Shown one piece after another: positions 1 through 7,607 of a DNA stretch of 61,150 bases (positions are counted from its first letter, which is position 1; the number at the start of each line of letters is the position of its first letter). Below the pieces are notes generated by a model that saw nothing but the letters and a program-made list of their open reading frames with translations, did no database searches and was not told the origin of the DNA. The DNA lies in the IMG/VR virus record IMGVR_UViG_3300031704_000002, positions 1 to 61,150 of that record; one strand, given 5' to 3'. Source of the stretch: a virus. Lineage: Duplodnaviria; Caudoviricetes. The position numbers and the translations under genes were made by a program.

Positions 1-2963
1 TCTTCCCGCTTTCTCTGAAAGATAGCCTTACGACCACTAAGGGTAAGAGCCTCTGTACCGGGTCCAATCATAGCTCCAATCTGGGTCTCTAGCTCATTTA
101 CTGCATTGAGAGTCATTGGAGTAGCAATAGCATCATCTAAGAAGGGTCGAACCATCTCACCACCAGTAGGTGTCAGGTATCCACGGTGGTAGATACGGCC
201 ACGGCTATCCATGTATGTATCCGACCAAAAGGGTTTACCACGATTTGTCTGGTACCTGCCTGCTGTCATGAAACCAAAGCCTTGGTCACCACGTTTGATG
301 ATCTCGTGTCTAAACTCATTAAGGCCATCGTAGTAATCTGTGTTACCGCGAGGGTCACGGAACCTAACAACATCATCCATAAAGTTAAAGAACACCGGAT
401 CTGTTTGGTATTGTGTACCAGAGGCTTGGTTTAGAGCATTAGCAAAGTCTGCATCAACCTGATTTGCGTCAAAGCTAGCGTACTTACGTCTAGATATGAT
501 AGGTCTGCCGGTAACATTACCACGAGCATCAAAGGCTTCCTTCTTACCAGCGCGGACAAACTGCCTATCTCTATCAAAAGAAATACCCATACGTCTGCCA
601 ACAACAACTCGTCTTTCAGCCTTCTGTAGCTCAATAAGACGTTTGTCGATTACCTCAACCTCTCTAGAAACTGTGTCTCCCCAGAAGCCTGTGGCACGAC
701 CTGTCTCTACATCTAGAACACCTCTGCGGGTCTTACCACGGTAGTTGAGACGGATCATCTTTCTGTCCTTCATGTAATCAAGGACTCTGGAACCGTCTTT
801 GTGGTAGTCTTGTAAAGTGTGTTTCTGGAATGGGTTAACATCTTCTAGATCTTTTGCCATTTGTTTACCAATAGCAATAGCAAGACCGTCGTAGTCTGTC
901 ATTTGTCCAGAACCAACAAGCTTTACTGCTTTAGAAAGAGAGTTGAGTACTTTGTCATCCATTACCTTTGATGTAGGATTCTTCTTAGATGTAAGAAATT
1001 CAAAGTCAATAATTCTACGAATACGTTCATCGATACCACGTTCAAATCTAACAGCTAATTCGTCTGTGGGTGTTCTATACCATTTTAGGTACTTAGCAAA
1101 TGAGGTTTTCTCCCAACGCTTCTTAAGTGTTTCGGGCTTCTTGACTTTTCCTAGAAGACCTTGGAAATAAGACCTTGGTGGGCTTTTCCCTCTGAAGTAA
1201 AGCTCTTTCGAGAGTTTAGCTCCAACACCAGTACGGAAGGAATCAATAGACCTCTGATCTGCAAGAAGTCTATCCTGTAGCTGATCAATCTTGTAGTAAT
1301 CACCCATAAGCTGGACTTGAGGTCCTCCTTCTTTAGCACCAAAGAAGCGAGAAAATAAGTTGTATTTATCTCTCTGTCTAGTATCAAGAAGACGGGCAGT
1401 GTTCTGAACAGCAAATCTATTTTCTGCTCTAAGTACATTAGCAAAGTTGTCCCAAGGCTGCTTGTCTTTCCTAGCTCGCTCTATTACAACCCTAAGGTTT
1501 TCAATAGCAACTGTTTGCTGATTTGTTGACACTTTCTCTTCTAAGGAGTTAATCACAGATTCAATGAAGTCTTTATCTTCAGATTGGAGGACTTTAGAGT
1601 TCCTCATGAAGTCAAGACGTTCTTGTAGAAGTGTGTAGTTAGGATCATAAAGGTTGTTGTTTCTTGCCTCACCTGTAAGGGGGTCGAAGCTATTATTACT
1701 TTCATCGAAGATGTTAGCTGTACGGCGACGAGCGGTTTGTTTACCTTGCAGTGTTGTACCTTTAAAGTCCGTTAGAGAGTAAGTTTTACCGAGATCATCA
1801 GCATCATTGACAAATAGATCTACAACCTCTCGCTTATACTTAGCATTCCTGACGAGGGTGCTAGGGCGCGCCACAGCGATCTGTGTTACGACATCTTCAC
1901 CTATCGACTGCTTAGGGCGGAAAATGTTAGTAAGATTAGCAGCACGACGTCTCAAAGCAGTAATAGAGAGTGCGCTACCTTGAGGTGTCACAAAGTTATC
2001 GGCTTTGACTTCTCCTTTTCGGAAAAGATCTGCCTTTTCTTGACTACCAAGGATCTTTGTTTGGACATCATAAGCCTGACGTTTAAGCCACTGACCAAAG
2101 GTTTCTTTCTCTGGGGGAGATCCTGTTAAAGAACTTCCTTTCGTGGTTTCAAGAGCAGCTAAATTGATCCTATCAGACTCTTTCTTTAGCAGTTCGGCTT
2201 TGCTCTCAAATATAGGAACAAGGGTAGAACGGCAGTTAAAGTGTAGTGGAGGGGCAAAACGCCTATCACCTACATCATAGATCTTACCATCATGATAACG
2301 ACAAATGCTAGAAGTACGATTATCAAGCATTGCTTGGAACATGTAGCCTTTGATGGCTTCCTTGTTTTCCCCTACCGCACTAAACAGAGCATCGCGCTGC
2401 GTAGCTGTGATACCTGTACGAGAAAGAGTACCCGCTTGGTGGGCTGTCATCTTGGTTGTTTTGCTGACGTCACTAATAATTTGATTTTGAGACTTATTAT
2501 CTCTACGACCACGCTTCAACCAAGTTTGTACCCTAGTTGTCTCACCACGAGCAATGTTCTCTACGTTATTTTTGATAGCAGCATCACCGTTGATACTAGC
2601 GCCAGTAATATCTGCTAGATCAGCCTTGTTCTTAGGTCTACGAACGGAGAACCATCCTTTAGTGTGTTTTGAGATACTATCAGTGTAGAAATCTACCTCA
2701 GCACCATGTAGCTCTGTCAAATTTGTCTTCTGCCAAGAAAAGAGCTCTGTAGCAAAACGGTTTTGCTCTCGTCTGAATTTGTTGGCTATTTTCTTCTTTT
2801 GATCAATAGTAGTTGTTGCTAAGTCTTCCTTAACAAGCTTAACTAGAGACTCACGATGACGATTTACAATACGACTATTACCAATCTGAATGCTCTCTTC
2901 GAACTTTCTAACGTCAGTAAGGTGATCAATCACCTCGTCGTTCATTTTCTGTGTAACATCCAT
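1..2963 (-). CDS. MuF (Phage_Mu_F / SPP1 gp7-like) minor head protein fused to a T7-like single-subunit RNA polymerase; partial, runs off the left edge (>987 aa)
   Basis: ATG at 2963 with AGGAGA RBS. In the same frame: GYMFQAMLDNRTSSICRYHDGKIY...PPLHFNCRSTLVP (MuF motif, ~2210-2350) and KPFWSDTYMDSRGRIYHRGYLTPTGGEMVRPFL (~140-240; T7 RNAP DxRGRxY palm region). No stop in the first 60 codons, and the ORF track lists no closed ORF in this frame, so the frame is open to the edge. Confidence 0.85.
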   Translation of the reverse strand, partial: MDVTQKMNDEVIDHLTDVRKFEESIQIGNSRIVNRHRESLVKLVKEDLATTTIDQKKKIANKFRREQNRFATELFSWQKTNLTELHGAEVDFYTDSISKHTKGWFSVRRPKNKADLADITGASINGDAAIKNNVENIARGETTRVQTWLKRGRRDNKSQNQIISDVSKTTKMTAHQAGTLSRTGITATQRDALFSAVGENKEAIKGYMFQAMLDNRTSSICRYHDGKIYDVGDRRFAPPLHFNCRSTLVPIFESKAELLKKESDRINLAALETTKGSSLTGSPPEKETFGQWLKRQAYDVQTKILGSQEKADLFRKGEVKADNFVTPQGSALSITALRRRAANLTNIFRPKQSIGEDVVTQIAVARPSTLVRNAKYKREVVDLFVNDADDLGKTYSLTDFKGTTLQGKQTARRRTANIFDESNNSFDPLTGEARNNNLYDPNYTLLQERLDFMRNSKVLQSEDKDFIESVINSLEEKVSTNQQTVAIENLRVVIERARKDKQPWDNFANVLRAENRFAVQNTARLLDTRQRDKYNLFSRFFGAKEGGPQVQLMGDYYKIDQLQDRLLADQRSIDSFRTGVGAKLSKELYFRGKSPPRSYFQGLLGKVKKPETLKKRWEKTSFAKYLKWYRTPTDELAVRFERGIDERIRRIIDFEFLTSKKNPTSKVMDDKVLNSLSKAVKLVGSGQMTDYDGLAIAIGKQMAKDLEDVNPFQKHTLQDYHKDGSRVLDYMKDRKMIRLNYRGKTRRGVLDVETGRATGFWGDTVSREVEVIDKRLIELQKAERRVVVGRRMGISFDRDRQFVRAGKKEAFDARGNVTGRPIISRRKYASFDANQVDADFANALNQASGTQYQTDPVFFNFMDDVVRFRDPRGNTDYYDGLNEFRHEIIKRGDQGFGFMTAGRYQTNRGKPFWSDTYMDSRGRIYHRGYLTPTGGEMVRPFLDDAIATPMTLNAVNELETQIGAMIGPGTEALTLSGRKAIFQRKRE

Positions 2964-2989
2964 TCTAGCAATCTCCTGATTGGTAAGTT

Positions 2990-3050
2990 TGGTGGAATGA
3001 ACCGCACAGTCCTTGCAAAAGACCGTCGCCCCCTTAGAACATGTCACCCC
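2990..3050 (-). tRNA. tRNA-Ala(UGC)-like, T-arm missing (degenerate)
   Basis: Acceptor GGGGTGA/TCATTCC-A-CCA with G3:U70; anticodon arm GGTCT-TTTGCAA-GGACT; no TTCGA arm; 61 nt. Confidence 0.6.
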
Positions 3051-3133
3051 GTTTTATGATTTTTGCCTGCAGCTTTCTTGGCATAACGTTTTCACCCTGC
3101 ATTTAACTTGCCTAAGGCAGCAAAGAGTAATTA

Positions 3134-3209
3134 TGGCCGACCCGGAAGGACTCGAACCCTCACTTGAAGATTAGAAGTCAACTGTTCTATCCTGTTGAAC
3201 TACGGATCA
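3134..3209 (-). tRNA. tRNA-Arg(UCU)
   Basis: Cloverleaf with loop CTTCTAA, GGTTCGAGTCC T-arm and encoded CCA; two mismatches in the anticodon stem. Confidence 0.85.
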
Positions 3210-3261
3210 GTGTATAGTGTTTATAGTTTATGTGTGTCGTATCCTAGCTTAATCTTATGTA

Positions 3262-3337
3262 TGGTGGTCCTGCCGGGACTCGAACCCAGATATTACGATT
3301 ATAAGTTGTACGCTCTAACCAGTTGAGCTACAAGACA
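3262..3337 (-). tRNA. tRNA-Ile(UAU)
   Basis: TAGCTCAACTGGTTAGAGC D-arm, loop CTTATAA, GGTTCGAGTCCC, CCA; mismatch at 1:72 and one in the anticodon stem. Confidence 0.8.
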
Positions 3338-3350
3338 TTGATTATTAAAT

Positions 3351-3437
3351 TGGTACGGGTAGAGGGAGTCGAACCCCCACGTCTTTTAAAACACTAGGAC
3401 CTAAACCTAGCGCGGCTACCTATTTCGCCATACCCGC
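3351..3437 (-). tRNA. tRNA-Leu(UAG)
   Basis: GCGGGTATGGCGAAAT... loop TTTAGGT, long variable arm, T-arm, CCA. Confidence 0.92.
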
Positions 3438-3438
3438 A

Positions 3439-3515
3439 TGGTCCCCCACCCCGGACTCGAACCGGGAGAACCGGCAGTTTAAGTGCCGTACGGTTACCAA
3501 TTACGTCAGTGGGGA
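3439..3515 (-). tRNA. tRNA-Leu(UAA), short variable loop
   Basis: Anticodon arm CGGCA-CTTAAAC-TGCCG, GGTTCGAGTCC, acceptor TCCCCAC/GTGGGGG, CCA. Confidence 0.85.
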
Positions 3516-3533
3516 ATGGTACCGTGTAATTAG

Positions 3534-3608
3534 TGGTGGAAAGGGGAAGAATCGAACTTCCTACGCGCAGGGCTTCAACCTACCGCTCTACCTCTGAGCT
3601 AATCGGGT
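3534..3608 (-). pseudogene. tRNA-Phe(GAA)-like, unpaired acceptor stem (chimeric or pseudo)
   Basis: D-arm, GTAGG-TTGAAGC-CCTGC, T-arm and CCA present, but acceptor strands ACCCGAT and CCTTTCC do not pair. Confidence 0.65.
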
Positions 3609-3620
3609 AAATATAAATAA

Positions 3621-3674
3621 TGGCAGCTTAGGTAGGACTCGAACATACATGTGTTACCAGTCAGCCACTAAGCT
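3621..3674 (-). pseudogene. tRNA remnant lacking the anticodon arm
   Basis: Perfect acceptor AGCTTAG/CTAAGCT-G-CCA, D-loop-like TGGCTGACTGGTAA and TTCGAGT loop; 54 nt. Confidence 0.6.
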
Positions 3675-3680
3675 ATTAGT

Positions 3681-3827
3681 CTATCCAGCGATGAGAGCAA
3701 GAAAGATCACAAAAGCTATTGCCCCGCCACCTACAAGGAGACCAAGTGATTTAGTCTTAGACCAAGCTTTTACTTTATCTTTTGCTTCGATGACTTTTTC
3801 CTTTGCTGTATCAATGATGTCTTTCAT
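3681..3827 (-). CDS. Small membrane protein (48 aa) inside the tRNA cluster
   Basis: MKDIIDTAKEK... start with AGGAGA RBS; C-terminal hydrophobic helix. Confidence 0.6.
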   Translation of the reverse strand: MKDIIDTAKEKVIEAKDKVKAWSKTKSLGLLVGGGAIAFVIFLALIAG

Positions 3828-3850
3828 TGTATATCTCCTGATATCGAATA

Positions 3851-3925
3851 TGGTTGCGCAGAGGGGAGTTGAACCCCTAGTACAGGCCTTATGAGGGCCG
3901 CGTGTTACCATTACACCACCGCGCG
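3851..3925 (-). tRNA. tRNA-Met(CAU), initiator-like
   Basis: Loop CTCATAA, C1:A72 mismatch, GGTTCAACTCC T-arm, CCA. Confidence 0.88.
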
Positions 3926-3930
3926 AAACT

Positions 3931-3982
3931 TGGTGGGAGAGGGAGGACTCGAACCTCGCCCGGTTAAAGATTTTCCTCGCCC
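3931..3982 (-). pseudogene. tRNA remnant (acceptor plus T-arm only)
   Basis: GGGCGAG...GAGGTTCGAGTCCTCC-CTCTCCC-A-CCA; D and anticodon arms not recognisable. Confidence 0.5.
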
Positions 3983-3990
3983 AGTTATTC

Positions 3991-5604
3991 TTATTCTTGT
4001 ACTTGTCCACCGTAGTCATTCATAGATCGAGCCATTTGGGCTACAGGGTCAGCCCTAATCTCGCTTACACCCTTTTCATCGTTGTAGTCGCCCGGAATGA
4101 AATCATTCTCTTTAGCGATATTAATAAAGACAGAACGAGGAATAAGGCCCATCTGGTACCACTCTGTAACAAGACGCATACCATCTTCACCCTGAGCCTG
4201 AGGACTAAAGTCCTTAGACATAGCAAAGTCAATATTTTCTGCTGTTAGTTCAAGATCGTAGCGCCAGTTAATCATAAACGCAATAACAGACCGCATAGTA
4301 TTAGAAATCTTCATATTAAGAGTACCAAGAGTGGCTGTCTGTGATGAGTTACGAAGCTCTAGTGCAATACCCGACTCTGTTGTCTCTGGGGCAAGCATAC
4401 GAATACCCAGCTTAGCTAGTTCCTCTAGAGTTTGTTCAATAGAGTCCTTCATATCGCTAAGAGCAGCGGTAGGAGGAGTGAGAACATCCGCTGTAACACC
4501 GCTAGGAAGGAACATCATAGTACCTAAACCTTGGCTAGCAATCTTCTGCTGTTCACCCTCTTCAATGTCTCCTATAAAGATAGGTGTGTAGGTAGCTGCG
4601 CCATACATCAAGTGGTTACGCCTAGAGATCTTATTGTAAAGGCCAATTTCTCGGTTAACAAAGGTTAATAGGATAGGCTCTTCAATATGAGTTTCACCGT
4701 CGAGAGGCCAAGCAGGGATACGTGCAAGACGCTTACCAAACTGTTGTGGTTTAAAAGTTTCATAAAGTTCATAACCAGTCTCTTCAATCCCTTCTTTTCC
4801 GGGTTTAAGACTGTTGTCAGTAATTTCTCCACCTTGAGCAGTGGCTGTAGAATTATTTTCTTTACGATACTCATCAACAACTAGAAAACCTTCCCTATCA
4901 ATGTAATGATCTCTTACGGTACTGACTAAGGTAGGATGCCAAGGGTTGTCATTTTTGTATACCGGAGTATAAAAACGAGTAATAAACCGTGTCATAGCCG
5001 GTAGGCCTGTAACGGGATGATATCCCTCAATAACGTTGATCACATTCTCTGCTGAAATAAGAGAAGGATAAGGCTTTACATAGTTTGCCTGCTTTGGAGT
5101 CATGTTCTCAGTTTCTTCTGGGGATACAGAAGGAACATCAACATAAATCCATGAATATGAAGTTTGCATCTCTTCCCAGACTGCGTCATCAAGAAAGTGA
5201 AACAGAGACTGATTATCAGAAGTAAATCTGTGTCTAATCCAGTCAATCATTTCCATCCTTAGAGTCTCTGGAATTTCATCAGGAAGTTCAAGATTAGATT
5301 CTTTTCTTAATAGAGCACCAGTCATTGAACGAGCGTACTGAGCAGTAACCCCCGGTAGTTCAGCTTCATCTTTATAGAAATTGTATTGATTTTGATCCAT
5401 AGTAGGCGAGAAAGGAAGCAAGATGTTCTTCTTATTGCCATCATGATCAATGTCATGAACAATCTCATCGTGGGCCTTTACAGCCTCTTGGCCTCGGACC
5501 ACAGCTCGGCACTTCGCCCAAGTCGATCTAATAGAATCGTATTGATAGGACGGAGTACCCACACTCGACTTGTTTACAGAGGTCGAGAGAGTAATTTTGG
5601 CCAT
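3991..5604 (-). CDS. Portal protein (DUF4055-like)
   Basis: 537 aa; resembles siphovirus DUF4055 portals (VRGQEAVK...LLP...YNFYK.EAELPG; ESGIALELR); upstream of MuF as in SPP1-type head operons. Confidence 0.8.
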   Translation of the reverse strand: MAKITLSTSVNKSSVGTPSYQYDSIRSTWAKCRAVVRGQEAVKAHDEIVHDIDHDGNKKNILLPFSPTMDQNQYNFYKDEAELPGVTAQYARSMTGALLRKESNLELPDEIPETLRMEMIDWIRHRFTSDNQSLFHFLDDAVWEEMQTSYSWIYVDVPSVSPEETENMTPKQANYVKPYPSLISAENVINVIEGYHPVTGLPAMTRFITRFYTPVYKNDNPWHPTLVSTVRDHYIDREGFLVVDEYRKENNSTATAQGGEITDNSLKPGKEGIEETGYELYETFKPQQFGKRLARIPAWPLDGETHIEEPILLTFVNREIGLYNKISRRNHLMYGAATYTPIFIGDIEEGEQQKIASQGLGTMMFLPSGVTADVLTPPTAALSDMKDSIEQTLEELAKLGIRMLAPETTESGIALELRNSSQTATLGTLNMKISNTMRSVIAFMINWRYDLELTAENIDFAMSKDFSPQAQGEDGMRLVTEWYQMGLIPRSVFINIAKENDFIPGDYNDEKGVSEIRADPVAQMARSMNDYGGQVQE

Positions 5605-5650
5605 GTCCGGCCCTCCTTTCTGCTTAAATTACCTTAAATTAAGGGGTTTT

Positions 5651-5673
5651 CTCTTCTTTAACACATCGTATTT
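5651..5673 (-). promoter_or_regulatory. Phage RNAP promoter, class B (T7-like) AAATACGATGTGTTAAAGAAGAG
   Basis: Near-identical copy at 6008-6030; upstream of portal; AATACGA matches the T7 promoter upstream half. Confidence 0.6.
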
Positions 5674-5688
5674 TTGTTTTGTCTGCTG

Positions 5689-5995
5689 TAGGATCCTCTC
5701 TTGAGATCTAAGGCTTGAGGCTCTTTAAAAGTACTTGTTTAAGCTATCAACAAACAACAATGCTTTCGATTCAAGAGAGGTCCTCTTAGGGTCTCTTCTT
5801 AGCATCTACTGACTCCGATCTCGTCAGTAAGGTCCCTAGTTAGGATTCTTAAGGGTTTTCCCCTCTCTTTAACGTCACCTATTTATGTCTTTATTTACAA
5901 AGACTTATCTATCCTAAAACCATGAGTTTTGTCTAAATTTAGCCTCCTACTGACTCCGATCTCGTCAGTAAGGTCCCTAGTTAGGATTCTTTAGA
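5689..5995 (-). repeat. Promoter-linked hairpin module (2 copies of TACTGAC-GAGATCGGA-GTCAGTA core), homologous to 24060-24700
   Basis: Core actgactccgatctcgtcagtaagg at 5808 and 5949; flanks shared with the copies at 24181 and 24453. Confidence 0.9.
5863..5884 (-). promoter_or_regulatory. Phage RNAP promoter, class A (SP6-like) AAATAGGTGACGTTAAAGAGAG
   Basis: One of 7 intergenic copies; resembles the SP6 promoter ATTTAGGTGACACTATAGAA. Confidence 0.75.
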
Positions 5996-6007
5996 TTTTC
6001 TTTTTTC

Positions 6008-6030
6008 CTCTTCTTTAACGCATCGTATTT
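6008..6030 (-). promoter_or_regulatory. Phage RNAP promoter, class B AAATACGATGCGTTAAAGAAGAG
   Basis: Second copy of the 5651 motif. Confidence 0.6.
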
Positions 6031-6075
6031 ATCTTGATGAAAACAAAGGTTTTTCATTAACCTTCTGCTAAGATA

Positions 6076-6321
6076 TTAATCACAACCGGTATCGAACCCT
6101 TTGATAACTCTTACTGCTGTAATGATGACATTCGGATGGGTCTGCTCATTATACCTTAGAAGAGATTCAGCTAAATTACCAACTGGCTCTTCTAACGTTT
6201 CACAAATAGCCCCATCTGAAGCCTCTGGATTAATTGCTCCTGTCAAGGAGGTACTGCAAGCTGTCGTTAACGTTATTAGGAGCAAGGCGAAGAGACTCAT
6301 TGATTTTCTTCCTGCGTTCAT
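6076..6321 (-). CDS. Outer-membrane spanin (Rz1-like lipoprotein)
   Basis: Signal peptide with lipobox-like TTAC; overlaps the 3' end of the i-spanin; lysis cassette position. Confidence 0.7.
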   Translation of the reverse strand: MNAGRKSMSLFALLLITLTTACSTSLTGAINPEASDGAICETLEEPVGNLAESLLRYNEQTHPNVIITAVRVIKGFDTGCD

Positions 6322-6451
6322 TTTGGTTCTCCTGAAGTTCAATAGTAATTTCACTCCGCTCTGCAGTTCTAACGTACCTCAAAGCACCAAATACAGTGCC
6401 TCCTAGTGCAATAACAACCGCGATAGCAATTAAGATAGTTTTGATTGGCAT
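6230..6451 (-). CDS. Inner-membrane spanin (Rz-like)
   Basis: MPIKTILIAIAVVIALGG N-terminal TM helix followed by a coiled coil. Confidence 0.7.
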   Translation of the reverse strand: MPIKTILIAIAVVIALGGTVFGALRYVRTAERSEITIELQENQNERRKKINESLRLAPNNVNDSLQYLLDRSN

Positions 6452-6452
6452 A

Positions 6453-6731
6453 TCATTCCCACCCTTCTTCATACTTAACTTTGTCACGTTTTGCCACATT
6501 TTCTGTGATCTCATGCAATCCAAGTGCCGAGCAAACAGCAGCTAGAGTGGGCGTGAAAGTTGTTTCCAGAAAAGAAGTATCACCAGAAAACATACCCCAA
6601 CCTAGACAAGCAATAAAAGTTCCACCTGTGAACTCGCGCTTGTAGGTCTTTTTTCGGGGTCCTTGCTTTTCAGTGAATTTCTTTTTAACAAGATCAGGGG
6701 CTTTTTCTCCTGTTTCAATCTTATCGGTCAT
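6453..6731 (-). CDS. Putative holin
   Basis: Small protein with two hydrophobic segments, between endolysin and spanins. Confidence 0.5.
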   Translation of the reverse strand: MTDKIETGEKAPDLVKKKFTEKQGPRKKTYKREFTGGTFIACLGWGMFSGDTSFLETTFTPTLAAVCSALGLHEITENVAKRDKVKYEEGWE

Positions 6732-7194
6732 ACCCCGGCGCTCCCTTTGGAATCTCGAAGTGTACCCAGTCAATAAAGCTGTGGTCTGTGTGTTGACCAT
6801 CACCATCCCAGTCAGCGCCCCAACGAATAGGCACACCTAGTTTCTGACCAGCTAGCCTCATAGCAACACCAATTGCTTGATATCCTTCATACTTGCCCGC
6901 GTGGTCTACTTTGTAGAATGACTTAACGTTATCAGTATTCCAACTAATGTTACCGTTTTCCCACCAAGCTAGATCAACAGCCATACCAACAAGGTGACGG
7001 CTGTTCATTGTCTTTGATTTCCCTTCACTAACTAAACGACGCTGCCTTTCTCTAGACCTCATACCCTCAATTACAGCAAAGTCCTCTGTGGAGTACTCGC
7101 TTAGGGCAAGATATACAACGCGAATTAGATCGGGGTGCACCCCCGCGAGACGATCGCGGGAGCGCTTAGACAGAACAAATCCTGTTTTTGTCAT
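6721..7194 (-). CDS. Endolysin, M15 family L-Ala-D-Glu peptidase
   Basis: LSKRSRDRLAGVHPDL, EGMRS.ERQ, SRHLVGMAVDL, RWGADW, D.VHFE motifs. Confidence 0.92.
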   Translation of the reverse strand: MTKTGFVLSKRSRDRLAGVHPDLIRVVYLALSEYSTEDFAVIEGMRSRERQRRLVSEGKSKTMNSRHLVGMAVDLAWWENGNISWNTDNVKSFYKVDHAGKYEGYQAIGVAMRLAGQKLGVPIRWGADWDGDGQHTDHSFIDWVHFEIPKGAPGYDR

Positions 7195-7607
7195 AATTTA
7201 TCTCTTCCTTTAACTTTTTTCTTTTTAGGGGGTTCAGGCCAAGCTGGAGCCTTTGGATTAAGTGTGTTGTCAGGCAGATCTCTAAGAGCTTTCCTGTAAT
7301 CAGTCCAAGCTTTCTTGTCTGATTCCACATCTGGTAACAAGAATTTATCCGAAGCTGCTAGCTTTTTATTACGTTTTAGTCTAAATACGCGCCATTCTTC
7401 TTCTTTTCGGCGCTTGTTCTCCTCTTTAATTATGACGTCTTGTTCTTTTTCTACTAGAACTCCGTTAGAAAAGGTTAGATCCTTAGGCTTAACGTTATAA
7501 GAAAATTCTGCGATAAGTTGGCCTTCTTCTAAAACTCTCTCAAGCCACTCACGATTACGTGATGTACCTAGAATTTCTTCTTTGTTATTATACAAAATAT
7601 AAATCAT
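7191..7607 (-). CDS. Tail fibre assembly chaperone-like protein
   Basis: C-terminal R.KRNKKLAASD...W.DYRKALRDLP...WPEPP motif. Confidence 0.75.
   Translation of the reverse strand: MIYILYNNKEEILGTSRNREWLERVLEEGQLIAEFSYNVKPKDLTFSNGVLVEKEQDVIIKEENKRRKEEEWRVFRLKRNKKLAASDKFLLPDVESDKKAWTDYRKALRDLPDNTLNPKAPAWPEPPKKKKVKGRDKL

Noticed and set aside
186-2618. Short ORFs listed in the track over 1-2960, and plus-strand ORFs generally
   Set aside because: They are shadows of long minus-strand genes, with no recognisable motifs.
3061-3125. Structured ncRNA between tRNAs
   Set aside because: Only an imperfect hairpin, with no recognisable family.
5651-5673. boxA antitermination site (ctctttaac-like on the plus strand)
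   Set aside because: Wrong strand for all surrounding genes; the minus-strand promoter reading explains the whole motif.
5745-5835. Hammerhead ribozyme in the repeat module (CTGACGA...CGAAA on the minus strand)
   Set aside because: CTGACGA lies inside the TACTGAC/GTCAGTA hairpin, and stems I and III cannot be formed consistently across the copies.
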